Assembly (NCBI GenBank): GCA_040770465.1
Contig: JAXGJB010000033.1
Location: forward strand, 1 to 33,967
DNA from: Methanothrix sp.
GTDB taxonomy: Archaea > Halobacteriota > Methanosarcinia > Methanotrichales > Methanotrichaceae
Direction: 5' to 3'
Length of the DNA: 33,967 nucleotides
Under the pieces are notes generated by a model. It was not told where the DNA came from and searched no databases. It was given only the letters and a program-made list of their open reading frames with translations. The position numbers were made by a program, and so were the translations under genes. This document shows, in pieces, positions 31,276 through 33,967 of the stretch; position 1 is the first letter of the stretch, and each line of letters starts with the position of its first letter.

Positions 31276-31327
31276 CAAAACCCTTAAATAAAGCCCCCAT
31301 CATTACTACAATGCACAATTGAGTACA
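31276..31327 (+). promoter_or_regulatory. trpB2 promoter with paired TRP-box-like operator
   Basis: CAAAAC-CC-TTAAATAA (BRE/TATA) followed by TGCACA-ATTG-AGTACA at the expected transcription start. Confidence 0.5.
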
Positions 31328-31358
31328 TCAAAACTCATCATTTCTGGAGGGTTGACTT

Positions 31359-32711
31359 CTGCAAACGAAAATTCTGCTGGATGAAGAGGAGATGCCCAAG
31401 CGGTGGTACAACGTCGCCGCCGACCTTTTGACGCCCCTGGACCCGCCCCTGAACCCCCAGACGGGAAAGCCCCTGGTCCCAAGCGACCTGGCGGCGATCT
31501 TCCCGATGGAGCTGATAAAGCAGGAGGCAAGCACCGAGCGGTGGATCGACATCCCCGACGAGGTCCGGGAGATCCTCAAGCTCTGGAGGCCGACCCCCCT
31601 CTTCCGGGCCCACCGGCTTGAGGCGCACCTCAAGACCCCGGCGAAGATCTACTACAAGTACGAGGGGGTCAGCCCCGCCGGGAGCCACAAGCCGAACACC
31701 GCCATCGCCCAGGCCTACTACAACATGAAGGCCGGGATCGAACGGATCGCCACCGAGACCGGCGCCGGCCAGTGGGGCTCGGCCCTCTCCATGGCCACGA
31801 ACTTCTTCGACCTGGAATGCAGGGTCTACATGGTGAGGGCGTCCTTCGACCAAAAACCCTACAGGAAGAGCATCATGCAGGTCTGGGGCGCCGAGTGCGT
31901 CGCAAGCCCCAGCGAGCTGACCAACTCCGGCCGAGCGATCTTAAAAGAGCACCCCGACACCGGCGGAAGCCTTGGGATCGCCATCTCCGAGGCCGTGGAA
32001 GACGCCGCCACCCACGACAACACCAACTACGCTTTGGGGTCGGTCTTAAACCACGTCCTCCTCCACCAGACCGTCGAGGGTCAGGAGCTGAAAAAGCAGA
32101 TGGCGATCGTCGACGACTACCCCGACGTCATCTACGGCTGCGTCGGCGGAGGCTCCAACTTCCCCGGCATGTGCTTCCCCTTCGTCCCCGACAAACTGAA
32201 GGAGAATAAGGAGATCAGGATGGTCGCCTGCGAGCCTGCAGCCTGCCCCACCCTGACCAAAGGCCTCTACGCCTACGACTTCGGCGACACCGCTCGCCTC
32301 ACCCCCCTCCTCAAGATGTACACCCTCGGCCACGACTTCATCCCGCCCTCGATCCACGCTGGCGGCCTCCGGTACCACGGCGACGCCCCGCTCCTCTGCA
32401 ACCTCGTCCACGACAATGTGATCGAGGCGATGTCCTTCCACCAGAACGAGGTCTTCAAGGCCGCCGTCACCTTCGCCCGGACCGAGGGGATCGTTCCGGC
32501 CCCCGAGTCGTCCCACGCCATAAAGCCCGCCATCGACGACGCCATCGCCTGCAAGAAGACCGGCGAAGAGAAGACGATCGTCATCTCCCTCAGCGGCCAC
32601 GGCCACTTCGACCTCTCCAGCTACGACGCCTACTTCGCAGGAAACCTGGTGGACTACGAGTACCCGGCGGAGCTGGTGAAGCAGTCCCTGGCGAAGATCC
32701 CCAAATTCTGA
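31359..32711 (+). CDS. trpB2: Tryptophan synthase beta chain, TrpB2 type
   Basis: [22 protein letters not shown] (PLP Lys), [37 protein letters not shown]. The in-frame extension [10 protein letters not shown] suggests a CTG start at 31359 (ORF track gives ATG 31392). Confidence 0.95.
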   Translation: MQTKILLDEEEMPKRWYNVAADLLTPLDPPLNPQTGKPLVPSDLAAIFPMELIKQEASTERWIDIPDEVREILKLWRPTPLFRAHRLEAHLKTPAKIYYKYEGVSPAGSHKPNTAIAQAYYNMKAGIERIATETGAGQWGSALSMATNFFDLECRVYMVRASFDQKPYRKSIMQVWGAECVASPSELTNSGRAILKEHPDTGGSLGIAISEAVEDAATHDNTNYALGSVLNHVLLHQTVEGQELKKQMAIVDDYPDVIYGCVGGGSNFPGMCFPFVPDKLKENKEIRMVACEPAACPTLTKGLYAYDFGDTARLTPLLKMYTLGHDFIPPSIHAGGLRYHGDAPLLCNLVHDNVIEAMSFHQNEVFKAAVTFARTEGIVPAPESSHAIKPAIDDAIACKKTGEEKTIVISLSGHGHFDLSSYDAYFAGNLVDYEYPAELVKQSLAKIPKF

Positions 32712-32743
32712 ACTCCGAAAGGGACTAGGGAGGGGGGAGGAGA

Positions 32744-33853
32744 CTGAAGAAGGTGGGGTTTCTCGTCAACCCCGTCGCCGGGATGGGTGGAGCCGTCGGC
32801 CTCAAGGGTACCGACGGCCTCGCCAACGAGGCGATCCGGCGGGGCGCCGTCCCGGTCTCTCCCCGCAGGGCCGAGTCGGCTCTGAAAGAGATCGGAGCCG
32901 TCAATGCAATTTTTTTGACCGCCAGCGGCGAGATGGGCGAGTCTCTCCTCGAAAAATCCGGCCATCGGTACCAGGTCGTCTTCGAAGCTCAGGAGAAATC
33001 GAGCTTTGAGGACACCAGGAGGGCCTGCCGATCTTTCCTCGAAGAGGGCGTCGACCTGATCGTCTTCTGCGGCGGCGACGGGACCGCCCGGGACGTCTCG
33101 GAGGTGACGGGATCGAAGGTCCCCATCATCGGCATCCCCGCAGGCGTCAAGATGCACTCGGGGGTCTTCGCCATCAGCCCCCAGGCGGCAGGCGATCTGA
33201 TTCGAGAATTTCTCAGAAGCGACCTCAAGACGCGAGAGACGGAGATCGTCGACGTCGACGAGGAGAAGTACAGGTCGGGGACCCTCGACACCAAGATCTA
33301 CGGGGTCGCCGTCGTCCCCTACAAGCCGGCCCTGGTCCAGGAGAGAAAACAGATATACTCCGCGGGCTCCGAGGAGGAGTTCAAAGAAGAGATCGCGATC
33401 TTCGCCTCGGAGTTCATGCGGGACGGCTCAGCCTACATCCTGGGGGCCGGGACCACCACCGCCAAGATCGCTGAAGTCCTCGGCGTTGAGAAGACCCTAC
33501 TCGGGGTCGACGTGGTGAAAGACGGCAAAGTGATCTGCCGCGACGCCTCTGAACGCGACCTCCTCCGAGTCATCGACTTGGTGGGGAATACGAAGATCAT
33601 AGTCAGCCCCATCGGCGCTCAGGGATTCGTCCTGGGGAGGGGAAGCCAGCAGATAAGCCCCACGGTTCTCCGGAAGGCCGGCCCCGAAAATATCATCATC
33701 GTCGCCACCCCTCACAAGCTGAAGGAGACGGACCGCCTTTTGGTCGACACCGGCGACGTCGATCTCGACGAGACCATCTCGGGAAGAAAGCAAGTGATCT
33801 CTGGCTACAGGATCGCCCAGCTCAAAGAGGTAGTCGCCTCATCGAACGTTTAA
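32744..33853 (+). CDS. ATP-NAD kinase / AcoX-like family protein
   Basis: GFLVNPVAGMGG.VGLKGTDG, GGDGTARD, IPAGVKMHSGVFA, G.GTT, TLLGVD, QGFVLGRGSQQIS. Possible CTG start at 32744 (GTG 32753 is the alternative). Confidence 0.9.
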   Translation: MKKVGFLVNPVAGMGGAVGLKGTDGLANEAIRRGAVPVSPRRAESALKEIGAVNAIFLTASGEMGESLLEKSGHRYQVVFEAQEKSSFEDTRRACRSFLEEGVDLIVFCGGDGTARDVSEVTGSKVPIIGIPAGVKMHSGVFAISPQAAGDLIREFLRSDLKTRETEIVDVDEEKYRSGTLDTKIYGVAVVPYKPALVQERKQIYSAGSEEEFKEEIAIFASEFMRDGSAYILGAGTTTAKIAEVLGVEKTLLGVDVVKDGKVICRDASERDLLRVIDLVGNTKIIVSPIGAQGFVLGRGSQQISPTVLRKAGPENIIIVATPHKLKETDRLLVDTGDVDLDETISGRKQVISGYRIAQLKEVVASSNV

Positions 33854-33888
33854 TTTAAAATCGAAAAATAGAAGTTGAGCGAACCTGA

Positions 33889-33906
33889 GTCCCGACTTTG
33901 CGGGAC
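33889..33906. terminator. Short GC hairpin between convergent genes
   Basis: GTCCCG-ACTTTG-CGGGAC. Confidence 0.35.
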
Positions 33907-33924
33907 CCACGTCCCCTCTTGCCC

Positions 33925-33967
33925 TCACTCCAGCGAGTTCCAGAGGGCGATCAGATGATCGCCGTAC
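33925..33967 (-). CDS. Probable 3' end of a gene entering from beyond the window
   Basis: Minus strand reads ...YGDHLIALWNSLE* with host-like codon usage; too short to identify. Confidence 0.35.
   Translation of the reverse strand, partial: YGDHLIALWNSLE

Overview
GC-rich archaeal chromosome segment from a methanogen, most consistent with Methanothrix/Methanosaeta (Methanosarcinales-like). The inference rests on a complete mtrEDCBAFGH operon, bacterial-type gyrBA, TFB/Gar1/Nog1, CDP-archaeol synthase, the thiolase/HMG-CoA synthase/DUF35 cluster, tandem DUF1699 genes and frequent non-ATG starts. Most of the window is housekeeping. There are two accessory regions. (1) About 730-7000, between eno and gyrA: two secreted acidic proteins, a DUF488 gene, and a two-gene module. 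In that module a 127-aa protein is a free-standing homolog of the N-terminal domain (DLAPxxNWAHPCxY...ASFPP) of the adjacent 774-aa cytoplasmic clan-CD (caspase/legumain-like) Cys protease. The protease also carries an Ig-like region and a C-terminal Ada-type Zn module, and is followed by a degenerate integron attC-like site. This protease plus stand-alone prodomain cassette is the best candidate for an undescribed system. (2) An AT-rich solo AbiTii/HEPN-like gene between leuC and trpB2. Other points of note: an intron-containing tRNA-Gly(TCC), probable CTG start codons, TRP-box-like operators and several strong palindromes. All family calls come from motif recognition by eye; no searches were run.
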